Source of the DNA: Eledone cirrhosa
Taxonomy: Eukaryota
Direction: 5' to 3'
DNA length: 64,000 nucleotides
NCBI GenBank assembly: GCA_964016885.1
Contig: OZ024751.1
Location: 32,364,001-32,428,000 of the forward strand
The position numbers were made by a program, and so were the translations under genes. A model generated the notes under the pieces. That model was not told the origin of the DNA. It saw nothing but the letters and a program-made list of their open reading frames with translations, and did no database searches. The stretch's first letter is position 1; every line of letters begins with the position of its first letter. Shown here piece by piece: positions 17,155 to 30,446 of the stretch.

Positions 17155-17764
17155 ATATCAGGTCACCACTTGGTGCTACTGGTAACATGTATCCTAGTAC
17201 AACCTGTCTCATGGTCGGGTCGTTGGCGACTAAACTGGCAACCCCACCAAGGTTTCTTGGTGAGGAGAGTGACTTTGGACATCCTGCAGGACTAAAAACA
17301 AAACCTGTCAAAGGGCAAAGGTGCTCTTAAGAGTCAATGGCCATCCAAAATCACTGGGAGAGATGACCCCTTAGCCTTTGTCAAGGCAGAATTCTAGGAG
17401 AAGGAAAACTCTGATATAACACCTGCAACCCTGATGGTATCCAATGATGTTGACTTGTTCTTCTTTTTGGTAAATATCATCTTGGTTAAGAGAGTGGGAC
17501 TGGCTTTGTGCAGTGCCTTTGCTCACTATAAAAGCTTCACGGCACAGGCATTGCTTTATATCTGGAGATCTCTCTGCACTTGTCGTCACATGGTACCAAA
17601 GGCAAAGCACTACGTGTCAATAATTGTCACAAGTGTAGTGTTTGTACCAGAGTTTTCAAATCGCTGGCTGGACTAAAAAGTCACACTCGTTCAGCGCATC
17701 GGTAGGGGTTCTCCTACATGGATATAAAGTAGTGGCCGTACTCGAAAACGAGTTGGCAGCCACC
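17155..17764 (+). mobile_element. Non-autonomous RTE-derived retroposon (5' UTR-like part plus 3' end) with (ATGT)n tail
   Basis: 5' part has the RTE-UTR-like ggagaaggaaaactctg. 17634-17705 encodes CSVCTRVFKSLAGLKSHTRSAHR*, a C2H2 finger like RTE C-termini. 3' hairpin ctcg-aaaa-cgag. Truncated copies at 32281 and 52912. Confidence 0.72.
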
Positions 17765-17895
17765 ATGTATGCATGTATGTATGTATGTATGTATGTATGT
17801 ATGTATGTATGTATGTATGTATTTATTATGTTATATTATATATATATATAATAAAACAAGGACGAATAGTTACTCCTTCATTACTTTTATTGGTT

Positions 17896-17953
17896 GGTGA
17901 CGCGCATTTCGCCACCGATCAGCTCGACTTTGTAATCAACGGCTTGTCAGACT
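17896..17953 (-). ncRNA. Degenerate hammerhead motif in a TA-flanked island (17850-18035)
   Basis: CUGACAA-GCC...GGC-GAAA-UGCGCG-UC. The C3-G8 pair is broken and helix I is weak. Confidence 0.45.
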
Positions 17954-18032
17954 GTCTAGCTCTACACCTCAATACAGGTGTGAACATAAACATCGAGTGC
18001 TCACCCGGGTGAACCTACAGTAACCCCCCGTT

Positions 18033-18068
<36 letters not shown>

Positions 18069-18145
18069 TGCGTTACACTCCCTGGATATATATGAATATA
18101 TATATATATATATATATATGTATAATAAACAATACAATATAATTA

Positions 18146-18213
18146 CCTCATTACCAGAGGTTTCCCGAATAGGACGAATACAAGAAACGTCCTCATTCGT
18201 TCGTCAGACAAGG
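18146..18213 (-). ncRNA. Type I hammerhead ribozyme in a TA-flanked island (18122-18243)
   Basis: CCUUGU-CUGACGA-a CGAAU g AGGACG...CGUCCU AUUCG g-GAAA-CCucuGG-UA-AUGAGG. 6-bp helix I and long helix II with an A.G closing mismatch. Confidence 0.65.
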
Positions 18214-18377
18214 CACTTTTTCAATTTTCAACGGAAACTTCAATATATATATATATGCTGTTGTAGAGGCAAATATTTAAGAAAAATAAAAAAAATAAAA
18301 CAATAGAAACTTACGAAAAACAGCAAAAAACATAAATTCTTGATTATCGTTTCCGCCACCCTAACAGTAAAGAACTC

Positions 18378-19078
18378 CACCACCACAACCAGCGCCATCA
18401 CCACTACCAGCACCACCACCACAACCAATACCACCACCACAACCAATACCACCACTACCAACACCACCACCACAACCAACACCACAACATCCAACATCAC
18501 CACCACAACTAACACCACCACCACCCCCACAACCAACACCACCATTACCAACACCACCACCACCACCACCACAACCACCAACACCACCACCACAACCACC
18601 ACCACCACCACAACCACCACCACCACCACAACCAACACCATCACCGCAACCAACACCCCCACTACAACTAACACCACCACCACAACCAGCACCACCACCA
18701 CAACCAACACTACCACTACAACCAGCAGCACCACCGCAACCAACACCACCACTACAACCAACACCCCCACTACAACCAACACCCCCACTACAACTAACAC
18801 CACCACCACAACCAATACCACCACCACCACCACAACCAACACCACCACCACAACCACCACCACCACCAACACCACCACCACAAGCAACACTACCACCACA
18901 ACCAGCAGCACCACCACAACCAACACCACCCCTACAACCAACACCACTACTACAACCAGCACCACCACCACAACCACCATCACCATCGCCACCACAACCA
19001 CTAACACCGCTATCACCACTACAACCAACGCCACCATTACCAACAACACCAGACCCACCACCACCACTACCACCACCT
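18378..19078. repeat. Degenerate (ACC/ACA/AAC)n triplet repeat
   Basis: Low-complexity sequence that gives spurious Thr/Val-rich ORFs. Confidence 0.9.
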
Positions 19079-19848
19079 GTATCACCATCTCCTCCCTCCC
19101 CTTCACGTTCGTTACCAAAAGAAGGTACTCAACATTAAAGCTCTTGAGTACATCACTTGAAGTTGTGAGAGAGGGGTTGGGTAGTGAGCTACAGTAGTGT
19201 TGGTTGTTTGTGGTGGTGGGAGTGGGAGGTAGGGATGGCGGGAGGAGGCAGAGAGTGAAGGCGGGGAGGGGGTTTATATTGACATGACACGACCGCTGTT
19301 TGACTGGTTCACCGATTCTGTGGTTAAAGTTCCGGACGTAGTGTCAGGTAAAGTTTTAATTGCTACACATACATATACACGCATACACACACACACACAT
19401 ACACACACTCTCATACGCACATACATTTACACCCCCCCCCCCCTACTCTCTCATACACACATACATTCACAACCCCCCCCCCCCTCACGCACACACACAC
19501 TCTCATACACACATACATTCATAAACACCACACACACACACACACCAAACTCTCACACAGAATTATATACACATACGTATACGCACATACCCGTACACAT
19601 ATACACCCAGCCCAGCCACACAATATATATGTAAATTTGTATGCATGTATGTACGTTCGTATCTATGTATGTATGTTTGTATGTATGTATGTAGGTGTAT
19701 ATGTATGTATATATGTGTGTGTATGTGTATATATACATGTATATACATACACACAGGTATATATATATATATATAGATATATATATACATAAATATATAT
19801 GCATACATATATATATATATATACACACACACGTATATATACATACAT

Positions 19849-19888
<40 letters not shown>

Positions 19889-20009
19889 GGGTAAATATTG
19901 ATGCAATTCAATTCAAGCACTGAACGTACTTTTTCCACATAGGAGTGACGGAGTAAATATCGAATAAGGAAAAGCGAAGTAGTTTCAGATGTTCAAGTCC
20001 TTTAATAAT

Positions 20010-20196
20010 TGTTTCTACTATTGGCACAAGGCCAGCAATTACCCAGTACATTACTGGTACTTTATTTTATCGACCCCGTAAGGATGAAAGGTAAAGTTAA
20101 CCTCGGCGAGATTTGAACTCAGAATGGCAAGGGCCGTAACTCTATGCGTAAAAGCATGGCGTCCTATCCTCTACCGATACTGCCAATCCACCGCCC
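20010..20196 (-). mobile_element. tRNA-type SINE (family A, ~190 bp)
   Basis: A-box-like TGGCAGTATCGG and B-box GAGTTCAAATC; 3' end AGTAGAAACAATTAT. TSD agtcctttaataat at 19996-20009 and 20206-20219. Confidence 0.88.
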
Positions 20197-21314
20197 TTTA
20201 ATAATAGTCCTTTAATAATAATGCTGTGATATATATTTCAATGACGACACTGGTCACACTGTTCTGTGTGCGATTGTCGTGTCATAATCAGACAGCTTGT
20301 TCCATCCCTGTACCATGGGGATGAAAACCCCTGACACTGGACGGGCGTAATAGTAACTTTCGGCAGGATAAATACGCGGAAACAAAAAATAAGATAAACC
20401 CCTATTTTCCTGCACCAAATCGCATTTGAACAGAAGTCCCCTCAATTCAATCTATACACGGACAGATGGTCAATCATATGGATCATTTTGCATATATGTA
20501 CTCTGTGTTTTTGCATTTATTCACTATTGGTTCTGTTCTTTTCTTTTCTTTTGTGTACTTTATGTCTGTTTTTCTTTGATTTTGTTCCATGTGATGTAAA
20601 TTATGACTGTGTACCAGATTGACTAATGCCTTGAACCCTGTAGTTTGCCCTCCGTTATAATGTACGGCACTGTCGTTCAATATGTGGATAGAGTAACTGT
20701 GACACTAGAATCCCTCTCAGAGCTTATTACTTAAACATCTCTCTCCATATTATTTACTCACTTCAATCTATAATTTTACTCAATCCGAATTATCACTTGA
20801 AGAATTTTTGAATTTCGAATTTTTAAATTTTTAATTGTTTAATTTATAATCTCTGATATTTGATTTAGGATTTTAATTTTTATTTCCAACTCTCACTCTT
20901 AACTTCCAATGTAAAACCATGGTACCTAGAATTAAGTTTATTTTCCCTTATGAGTTGATGGTCAGTCTTGCTGTCAATGCTTAGTGAAAGGTAGTATTAT
21001 GACCTATAAAAACTAACACCCTCCCATCCCCTCTGGCTTTCGGCTGACTGCCACAGTCGTGATGGGTAGCAGTAAACTTTGGTAGGGCATAGGTGGGCCA
21101 TTGTTTTGGCTGAGAGGGTGAACTGACAGCGAATTTCGTTGAAATCTGCGGTGGCTAATGGTCAACTTCCTTCGGACATGCGCTTGCACAAACCGGTGGG
21201 GATGAATTGGTACTCACAAGGGAACGGATGAAAAACCCAAAAGCACGAACTTCATCCGTTCCCATGTCGATTCAATTTGGATTGCCTCGGAAACATAACC
21301 TTATTATGTAACAA

Positions 21315-21388
21315 GCTGTCTGATGATGACACGACACTCGCACACAGAACAGTGTGGCCAGTGTCGTCATTGAAATATATATCACAGC
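21315..21388 (+). ncRNA. Type I hammerhead ribozyme; mirror copy with G8->U at 20223-20296 on -
   Basis: GCUGU-CUGAUGA-UGAC ac GACACU...AGUGUC GUCA uu-GAAA-UAUAUA-UC-ACAGC. Perfect helix I and AUC triplet, with a non-standard helix II junction. Confidence 0.65.
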
Positions 21389-21435
21389 ATTATTATTAAA
21401 GGACTTGAACATCTGAAACTACTTCGCTTTTCCTT

Positions 21436-21493
<58 letters not shown>

Positions 21494-21574
21494 CACATAC
21501 ACACACACATATATATATATGTATATACATACACATACACACACACATATATATATATGTATATACATACATAT

Positions 21575-21607
<33 letters not shown>

Positions 21608-21612
21608 CATAC

Positions 21613-21649
<37 letters not shown>

Positions 21650-21662
21650 ACATATATATATA

Positions 21663-22185
21663 TAGTGAAAAATGGAACGGGAACAAAACAGAGAGGCAGT
21701 ACGAATAAAGTTTTATTAGTTTCACGCTCTTGAGAGTGGGGTGGTGGTATATATAAGGGATAACAAAATATTGTTATAGGTAATCCAGTTAGAGGTTGTG
21801 AATACTTCTTATTATGGATAGTTTTAGCGTACGGCGTTGTTTGACTCAACAAGAGGTCTACGTAGATGATGAGTTTATGATTTCACTTGTATTCCTATGT
21901 AAGTTTATCTTGGAGTAATAAAATTGAAAAACTGAAGAATAACATGGTCAACAGTACAAAAAAGGGGATTTATTTACAGTCTAACAATTGTTTCTCTGAT
22001 TAAGTTGTCTAAAAATTGCTGAACACTAGAAGCAGTGCCACTCAATTTCAAATATGATGTTAGCTCGATCAGATCATCCTGATCGAGGTAACATCCTACT
22101 CGTTCCTACTACCCACTCTACTACTCTAAGTATTGAGTACTTTGGTGCGTTATGGTCCACCTGGTTCCTTACCACATTTCCTTCG

Positions 22186-22188
<3 letters not shown>
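21663..22188 (+). mobile_element. TA-flanked insertion sharing its 3' tail with 11900-11982 (Penelope-like)
   Basis: tacccactctactac...gcgttatggtccacctgg...ccacat is shared by both loci. Both end in gttatata. Confidence 0.5.
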
Positions 22189-22235
<47 letters not shown>

Positions 22236-22522
22236 ATATATATATATGAAAAAAAGCCTGTTGAGAAAGTAAATCCTCTGTTCGATCTTCCAACAACTTG
22301 CATATACCGCAAGCGGATTAATATATATATATATGTATATATATATCTGTCCTAATATTTCGGGACTAAAATCCTTTGATCAGACGATTAAAATATGAAT
22401 CTGGCTTGAAGCTTTGTGCGTTTTTGATTGATAAGTGTACTCAAGAACTATTCAGCACACAACTACAACCACTGAGCCACTGGAGCAATTACAGACGGGT
22501 TCATGGCAGCAAACACATGCAC

Positions 22523-22580
<58 letters not shown>

Positions 22581-23141
22581 AGAAGCATGCATGCAAACAC
22601 ACTCATATACACACATACGACAAAGTAACCACAGTTGATAGAAGGGTCACACCTAAAGTTAGAATTTTTAGTATTTCATTATCTTGATCTGAAATATGAG
22701 GCCAGGGTAGAGAATGAAGGGCGTGGCTGATTCTGGTGAGGGTGGGGTGGTTGTTGGAATATTAGTAGGGAAGATAATGATGGTGGTGGTGGTGGTGGTA
22801 TTGATAGTTGTGGTTGTGGTTGTGGTGATGGTATCGATGGTTGAGGTGGTGGTAATAATAGTGGTAGTGCTAGTGATATTGACGGTGGTTGTAGTAGTAG
22901 TGTTAAACATGGTGATAGTGGTTCAGATGGTCTTCGTGACGGCTGTGGTGGTGACGGGGATCCATGGCGTAGTATTGGAGGAGGTACTGGTGTTGGCGGG
23001 AATATAGCCACCGCTAATGTATTGTGACGATTCTATTAATTCTGAAATGGCCCAGTCCACCTTGCTGTAAACCGGTACCACATGGATAGAATCAACTTAA
23101 CACTAGTAACAGTGATAGTAGTGTTAGCAGCATCAGCAGTA

Positions 23142-23185
<44 letters not shown>

Positions 23186-23200
23186 TAATAATAATAATAA

Positions 23201-23968
23201 TGGAACTGGTTGAAAAGAGGAGACCTTAAAAAGGCTACAGAAGGAATGCTAATGGCTGCGCAAGAGCAGGCCCTCAGAAGGAAGTGGGTGAAACACCATA
23301 TTTACAAGGAGGAGGCTAGCCCACTGTGTAGGATCTGTGGAGAGAGGAGACTGTGGCTCACATTGTATCTGAGTGTAAACACCTAGCCCAGACTCACTGT
23401 AAAGGCTGGAGACATGATGTGATAGGCAGGGTGATCCCCTGGCATCTATGCAAAGTAAACAATTTACCACATTCTGAGAAGTGGTATGAGCATAAGCCAG
23501 AGTCGGTTATAGAAAATGATCAGGTGAAGGTGCTATGGGATTTTAGGATACAGACGGACAAGAAATTAGAACACAATAGGCCTGACCTGGTGGTTTTGGA
23601 CAAGGAAAAAGATCGTGCCTGATTCTAGATGCAGCCTGCCCATTTGACACGAGAGTGCAAGAAAAGGAGAGGGAGAAAATTAACCGATACCAGGACTTAA
23701 AGTGGGGGGTAAAAAGGATTTGGAACTGCCATGAAGTCAGAGTCGTCCCGATTGTCATAGGCGCACTAGGTACTATCCCAAAGAGTTTCCAAGGATGGTT
23801 AAAGAAAATTAGTCTAGCCCCGCTTTTTGGGACACTTCAAAAGGCATGCTTGCTGGGAACAACAAGAACCCTCCGATATGTCCTGAATATCTGAGGCTGC
23901 AGGTAGCGGCTTGGTATTCATTTCAACAAACTTTCCAGTTAAATAACATCAATGACTGAGACTCAAAT
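23201..23968 (+). mobile_element. 5'-truncated Dong/R4-like LINE in (TAA)n, frameshifted
   Basis: WNWLKRGDLKKATEGMLMAAQEQAL, CCHC knuckle CRIC...HIVSEC, RHD and RPDL. Homologous to 15870-16416. (AAT)n on both sides. Confidence 0.9.
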
Positions 23969-24044
<76 letters not shown>

Positions 24045-24212
24045 ATAGTTTAGCTCCATGTAAGGCATAATTTGAGAAACATGATCAGAGTTTAATGGAG
24101 GACGTGTATGTGGAATGCTCACTCACTTGATAGACTGTTTCGTTAGCGGACCTCCCGTCGTTTCAATCGACGGAGGTCCAACATCAACAACAACAACATT
24201 ATATATATATAT

Positions 24213-24287
<75 letters not shown>

Positions 24288-24595
24288 GACATAATTTCTG
24301 AATACAACAGTATATAGATAGAGGCAAGAGTTGTAAGACCGGTGATGACAGCTCATGAATGGTGTTCATGTTGAATAAAGCAAGATGTCGGATAGCAATG
24401 ATTGTCTAACATTACACATATAATGTCTGGCTTGTTAACATAGAGCTTCTGTAAGAAACAATACTAACCATACTAATAATACTAATAATACTAACAGAGA
24501 AACAAGGCTGACATTATATCTACTTCTGGCGTCTAATGATGACAAAGATCTCACACATCGTTATATCGTTATACACTCGACAAACTTGGGCAAAC

Positions 24596-24681
<86 letters not shown>

Positions 24682-24739
24682 CATACATACATGCATATAT
24701 ATATATATATACATACATACATACATATATATATATGAA

Positions 24740-24770
<31 letters not shown>

Positions 24771-25023
24771 GAATATATGTGTGTATATATATATATGAAT
24801 ATATGTGTATATGTATATATATATATGAATATATATGTATATATATATATGTGTATATATATATATGAATATATGTGTATATATATATATGAATATATGT
24901 GTATATGAATATATGTATATATATATATGAATATATGTATATATATATATGAATATATGTATATATATATGAATATATGTGTATATATATATATATGAAT
25001 ATATGTATATATATATATATGAA

Positions 25024-25054
<31 letters not shown>

Positions 25055-25305
25055 GAATATACGTGTATATATATATATATGAATATATGTGTATATATAT
25101 ATATATGAATATATGTGTATATATATATATATATGAATATATGTGTATATATATATATATGAATATATGTGTATATCTATATATATGAATATATGTGTGT
25201 ATATATATATATATGAATATATGTATATATATATATATATCTGAATATATGTGTATATATATATATATATGAATATATGTGTATATATATATATGAATAT
25301 ATGTG

Positions 25306-25336
<31 letters not shown>

Positions 25337-25634
25337 ATGTGTAAATATACACAAGTATATGAGCATATGTGCACAGGTATAAAGTTCATTACATATTACA
25401 TATATGTGAATGTGTAAGTATCTATGTGTAAGTATGTATGTGTATTGTATATATATATGTGTGTGTGTGTGTTTCTACTCTATGTGTATGTATGTGTGTG
25501 TAAGAGCTGAAAGCCAACCTCCTCAACCACATGAAAGCAGGATGATGTAGTATGAAAGGATGTTGTGTTAGTGGGAGACCCACTCAACCTCCCTCACCCT
25601 CATATAACGGACGTAATACACTGATACTGTTGTA

Positions 25635-26150
25635 GTGGTTGATAATGGTTGTTATGATGGTAATGATGATGGTGATGATGATGGTGACGATGGCAATGAT
25701 GGTGATGGTAATGATGATGGTTATGATGATGGTAATGATGTTGGTGATGGTGATGGTAATGATGATGGTAGTGATGATGGTGATGGTAATGATGATGGTG
25801 ATGATGATGGTTATGATGATGGTAATGATGATGGTGATGGTAATGATGATGGTGATGATGATGGTAATGATGATGGTAGTTATGATGACCATGATGGTGA
25901 TAGTAATGATGATGGTTATGATGATGGTAATGATGATGGTGATGGTGATGGTAATGATGATGGTGATGGTGATGGTAATGATGATGGTAGTGATGATGAC
26001 GATGATGATGATGGTGATGATGATGGTAATGATGATGGTGATAGTAATGATGATGATGATGATGGTAATGATGATGTTAGTGATGATGACGATGATGGTG
26101 ATGATGATAGTGATAATGATGGTGAGGATGATAGTGTTGGTTATGGCTAA
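25635..26150. repeat. Degenerate (GAT/GGT/AAT)n triplet repeat
   Basis: Low-complexity sequence. Confidence 0.9.
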
Positions 26151-26425
26151 AGTAATAATTGTTTCTACTTTTGGCACAAGGCCAGCAATTACCCAGTGCA
26201 TTACTGGTACGACTGAAATAATGTGTTGAGACTTACAAAAATAGCGCGGAAGAGATATGATAGCTATTTAAAACACACATATATAACATTACTCCTTTGT
26301 TTTATTATTTTATTGTACACCATACTATAAAGGGTGACGAAAGCTTTTGATATTTTATTATACTATATGGTATTATTAAGAAATAAAGCAAAGGCAAATG
26401 CAACTGTATATATATAGATATGTGC

Positions 26426-26554
<129 letters not shown>

Positions 26555-26821
26555 AGGGAGAGGGAGAGGGTGAGTGAGTGAGTGAGTGAGTGAGTGAGTG
26601 AGTGTTTTAAAAGACTAACTCAACACTTCGTTAGCTAACACGGGAGCCCTGAGAAGTATATTGGGAGCTGCTCTTCTGTCCCTGACTAAACAGTACACAA
26701 TAAATTCATAAAATGCCATGGTAAAAACTGTATAGATATATTCTATAATATACAATATAGAATTATCTACAGATACAGTCTATAGTATATAGTATAACAT
26801 TATCTATATAGATAATTGTTA

Positions 26822-27008
26822 GGGCGGTGGATTGGCAGTATCGGTAGAGGGTCGGACGCCATGCTTTGACGCATAGAGTTACGGCCCTTGCCATTCTGAG
26901 TTCAAATCCCGCCGAGGTTAACTTTACCTTTCATCCTTACTGGGTCGATAACATAAAGTACCAGTAATACACTGGGTAATTGTTGGCCTTGTGCCAAAAG
27001 TAGAAACA
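26822..27008 (+). mobile_element. tRNA-type SINE family A, full length
   Basis: Same sequence as 20010-20196. 16-bp TSD attatctatatagata at 26799-26814 and 27009-27024. Confidence 0.9.
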
Positions 27009-27397
27009 ATTATCTATATAGATATATTTTAATATACATACTATAGAAATATCAATATGATCTTCGGTCCCTTCAGTCAGACATTAATAACATAGATGTT
27101 TAACTTAGGCAGAAAGAAGTCAAGTTTTTTGCGAGGTCAGGGTTAAAATTGATGATATCAAACTAGTCTTTCATTGCTTTCTTAATCAAACCAGGAACGA
27201 TAAGAGAAACACGACTCCGTTATAATTCAAATTCCAAATGTAGTATTGATAAATCTTCGCATGTATTTAGTCTCAACTTACACCATTGATGCTGTTTTGT
27301 GTATATTCAATAATATACTATATTAACATTCTCTTGTACGTATTCTGTCTGAAACCAGTAATATTAAGTCTCTTATTTTTTTTCTACCATTTTTCAG

Positions 27398-27611
27398 GTG
27401 ACTAGCGAACCTCATTTGTTATACGCTATCTATCAAACCATGGTCGCTGCTTACATAGTGTTTGTGTCCATCTACAGTGCTTTTGTTTCAAAACATGGAG
27501 TGAAAAATTTTATCTATTTTACATACTGGAATCTTTATGTATGCGCTGTGACCTTCATTGTTAAATCATACAATGCTTGGGTGTGCTATCAGAAATACAA
27601 GGACATCAAAG
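27398..27611 (+). CDS. Rolling stone (rost)-like membrane protein, internal coding exon A
   Basis: Polypyrimidine tract plus ttttcag acceptor, then open frame VTSEPHLLYAIYQTMVAAYIVFVSIYS...KNFIYFTYWNLYVCAVTFIVKSYNAW...KDIK and donor G|gtgagt at 27612. IYFTYW resembles the rost/FAR-17a-AIG1 YLTxW motif. Starts in phase 0, ends in phase 1. Confidence 0.85.
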
Positions 27612-28507
27612 GTGAGTGTGGGACTCTTTCACAATTTCCAGATTACTTTTCATTTTGCTATTGTTGTTGTTATTGTTGCTGACGTTTTTTGAGTCGTATA
27701 AGTGCCAGGTGGAGGTGTTAAACTGAGCGACAGATTATCTATACACACATAGAGTTTATATAGGGTTGTATGATTACTAAAATGTATATCTGAAACAGTA
27801 CATATACCTTCCTTCTACAGCCTTCACCACAATATGTTATAACATAAATTACGCAATACTCTGTAACCGAGACTTGTACATATGTGTGATGTATGAACTG
27901 GCATTTTTCTCTTTCTCTTCTCTCTCCATCTCTTCCCCCTCTCTCCTTCTTCCCGCCCCTCTCTCCAAAGAGTATCCCCAGTCCATAGAGACAGTATTTA
28001 TCTCCAGTTTCCGTGACTTTAATCTGGTGCTATGCAGCGATATGTTAATAAAAGATTGTTGACCTTAGATCGACATATAAATCTTTTGTCAACAATTTAA
28101 AGTGAACATGTGCCAAACACTTTGAGTATCATTACAGAGACCTCGCCCATGACAACTGCTCCATATATCACCTTACATGCCACAGAATAAAACAAAAAAA
28201 TAAAAGAAAAGTCCAACGAAAGATATATAACAACAGCAACACCAGGAGCCAATGATGGATCTGGACACCATTGCACACATTAATAATTAAAACGAACCGT
28301 TGACGAAGTCTCTAAACATCCATATGCCAACAATAACAACAACACCACCACCAACAACAACAACAAAAGCAGTAGTAAGGCAAAACGTTTAAGCTTTAAG
28401 ACCAAAACAGTAATCGAATATAAGTTGCCACCTGAGAATTTATAGAATTTAAATTGTTTAGAATTGAAATAAAAATAGAAACTTTGCCGTAACATTGACT
28501 AAATAAT

Positions 28508-28693
28508 TGTTTCTACTTTTGGCACAAGGCCAGCAAATTACCCAGTGCATTACTGGTACTTTATTTTATCGACCACGTAAGGATGAAAAGCAAAGTTAAC
28601 CTCGGCGGGATTTGAACTCAGTCCGTAAAGGGACGTAACTATGCTGCAAAGCATAGAGTCCGACCCTCTACCGATACTGCCAATCCACCGCCC
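28508..28693 (-). mobile_element. tRNA-type SINE family A, full length
   Basis: 18-bp TSD taacattgactaaataat at 28490-28507 and 28694-28711. Confidence 0.9.
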
Positions 28694-29165
28694 TAACATT
28701 GACTAAATAATATAGTCTAATAAGATGGTATGGGTTCGACACCTATGTGCGCACCTATGTGTGCTACTACCCATCTTTTTCCATTCAGTGGGTTTATATG
28801 CCTACATAATTTAGTCAATATTTCGATTCTAAAAATATATTATTTTCTCCCATAAACACTTGCAATGTTTCCTGCAATCGGCTAGAAATAACAGCCAAAT
28901 TTCTCTCGAATCTAACCCTAACCCTCTCAAAATAGAGCAATTAGGCAAACACTTACATTGCTTACCCCAGAAATTACATAGACACGAGGGTATGAATCTA
29001 ATTGATCAGACGCATGCTACCAGTCGATACACACACACATATATATAAATATTTGTTGTAAGGTTGCTTAGATGCGTCCATAGGCGGTATGCCGGTTGAG
29101 CACTCTATGCTCCTTCAGAGCAGAGTATAATATTAGAGACGGAAAATTTGCTTCGAAGTCGCTAG

Positions 29166-29258
29166 ACGTATTTGAGGAACTTGTGAATCCAGGGTCAGGT
29201 TCGATCCACAAATAGATCGTACCTCGAGCTGTTCGCCGGAGAAACAATTGTAATACGT
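29166..29258 (+). ncRNA. Hammerhead motif with long helix II region (U3.G8 core) in a TA-flanked island
   Basis: ACGUAU-UUGAGGA-...-GAAA-CAAUUG-UA-AUACGU. Perfect 6-bp helix I and palindromic helix III; the base of helix II pairs poorly. Confidence 0.55.
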
Positions 29259-29298
29259 TAATAAATTGTGTTTCGATGCATCACTGATTCTTCTTTTT

Positions 29299-29352
<54 letters not shown>

Positions 29353-29386
29353 TGTGAGAAAAACCACAGACCCTCCATCTCAACTC

Positions 29387-29426
29387 TACTTTTGAAAAGC
29401 AGAAGAACTGCGAAACCGGTAAAGGA
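29387..29426 (+). ncRNA. Minimal hammerhead ribozyme, U3-A8 variant
   Basis: uacuu-UUGAAAA-GCAG aagaa CUGC-GAAA-CCGG-UA-aagga. A degenerate relative lies on - at 40636-40671. Confidence 0.65.
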
Positions 29427-29565
29427 ACCAAATAAATATATATATATTTTTTTAAATAAGACTCCAGTTGCATTTTCGATTTCAGCTTTTTTTCTTTATA
29501 CTTTCACTCGTGTAGGACACCTCGGTTATTTTTCATTTTATAAAAATAAACCTCACTTTCTAATA

Positions 29566-29629
<64 letters not shown>

Positions 29630-30175
29630 AAGACGTCAAGTGACAGGCTCTATCGTTTACCAAATTTCCCTCACAATGCTTTGGTCGATCCAAGGCTATG
29701 GTACAAGACAGATGTTCAAGAACGATTTCAACCCACGCTACATCATGGCTACATTTACGAACTTCTTAACCAATTAACCAACCATAAATATCATATTGGG
29801 TGTTGAAGATTCTCTGGGAGAAGATGGATTCCGTAGTAACCTTACCATCATTAGAAAAATACCGAAAAAAATGTAATTTCTCACTGAATGTTAGTGATCG
29901 CTACTAACATATATAGTTCTGACACAATAGGAACCAAAATAAACCATACAGTATAAGATGAAAAGGAAAGAAAAAAGAACAACAAATAAATAAATAAATA
30001 AATAGAAATGGAAGCCGATGGGAAAGTGAATGAGATTAACTTTTGTGTATCAGTTTTCTACCGTTAGGAGAATTTAATCGTAATAAAAACATACACACGC
30101 GTGCACACACACCAACACATACGCACACACGCACTTATATATATATATAAACACACACACACACATATATATATA

Positions 30176-30446
30176 TATTATGTATATATATTTATAGTAT
30201 AAGTTTTGTTAGGAGTATTTAATCATAATATAAACATACACGTGCACTCCTACCTGCGTATACACATATGTGTGTATATATATAATATATATATATATAT
30301 ATAATATATATATAATATATAATATATATATATATTATATATATACACACATATGTGTATACGCAGGTAGGAGTGCACGTGTATGTTTATATTATGATTA
30401 AATACTCCTAACAAAACTTATACTATATATATATATATACATAATA
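30176..30446. repeat. Fold-back inverted repeat (~90-bp perfect arms) around a TA-rich spacer
   Basis: 30193-30281 is the reverse complement of ~30338-30427. Confidence 0.9.

Larger units (their letters stand above)
19962..21439 (+). mobile_element. Penelope-like non-coding element with an inverted terminal pLTR segment; left arm interrupted by a SINE
   Basis: 19962-20009 plus 20206-20301 is the reverse complement of 21310-21439. Both arms carry a hammerhead motif. The 3' end runs into (TA)n. Confidence 0.75.

Noticed and set aside
18340-19197. Mucin-like Thr-rich ORF (also the Asp/Gly ORF at 25635 and the His/Thr ORF at 61648)
   Set aside because: Degenerate triplet repeats that are open on both strands, with no convincing splice context or unique domain.
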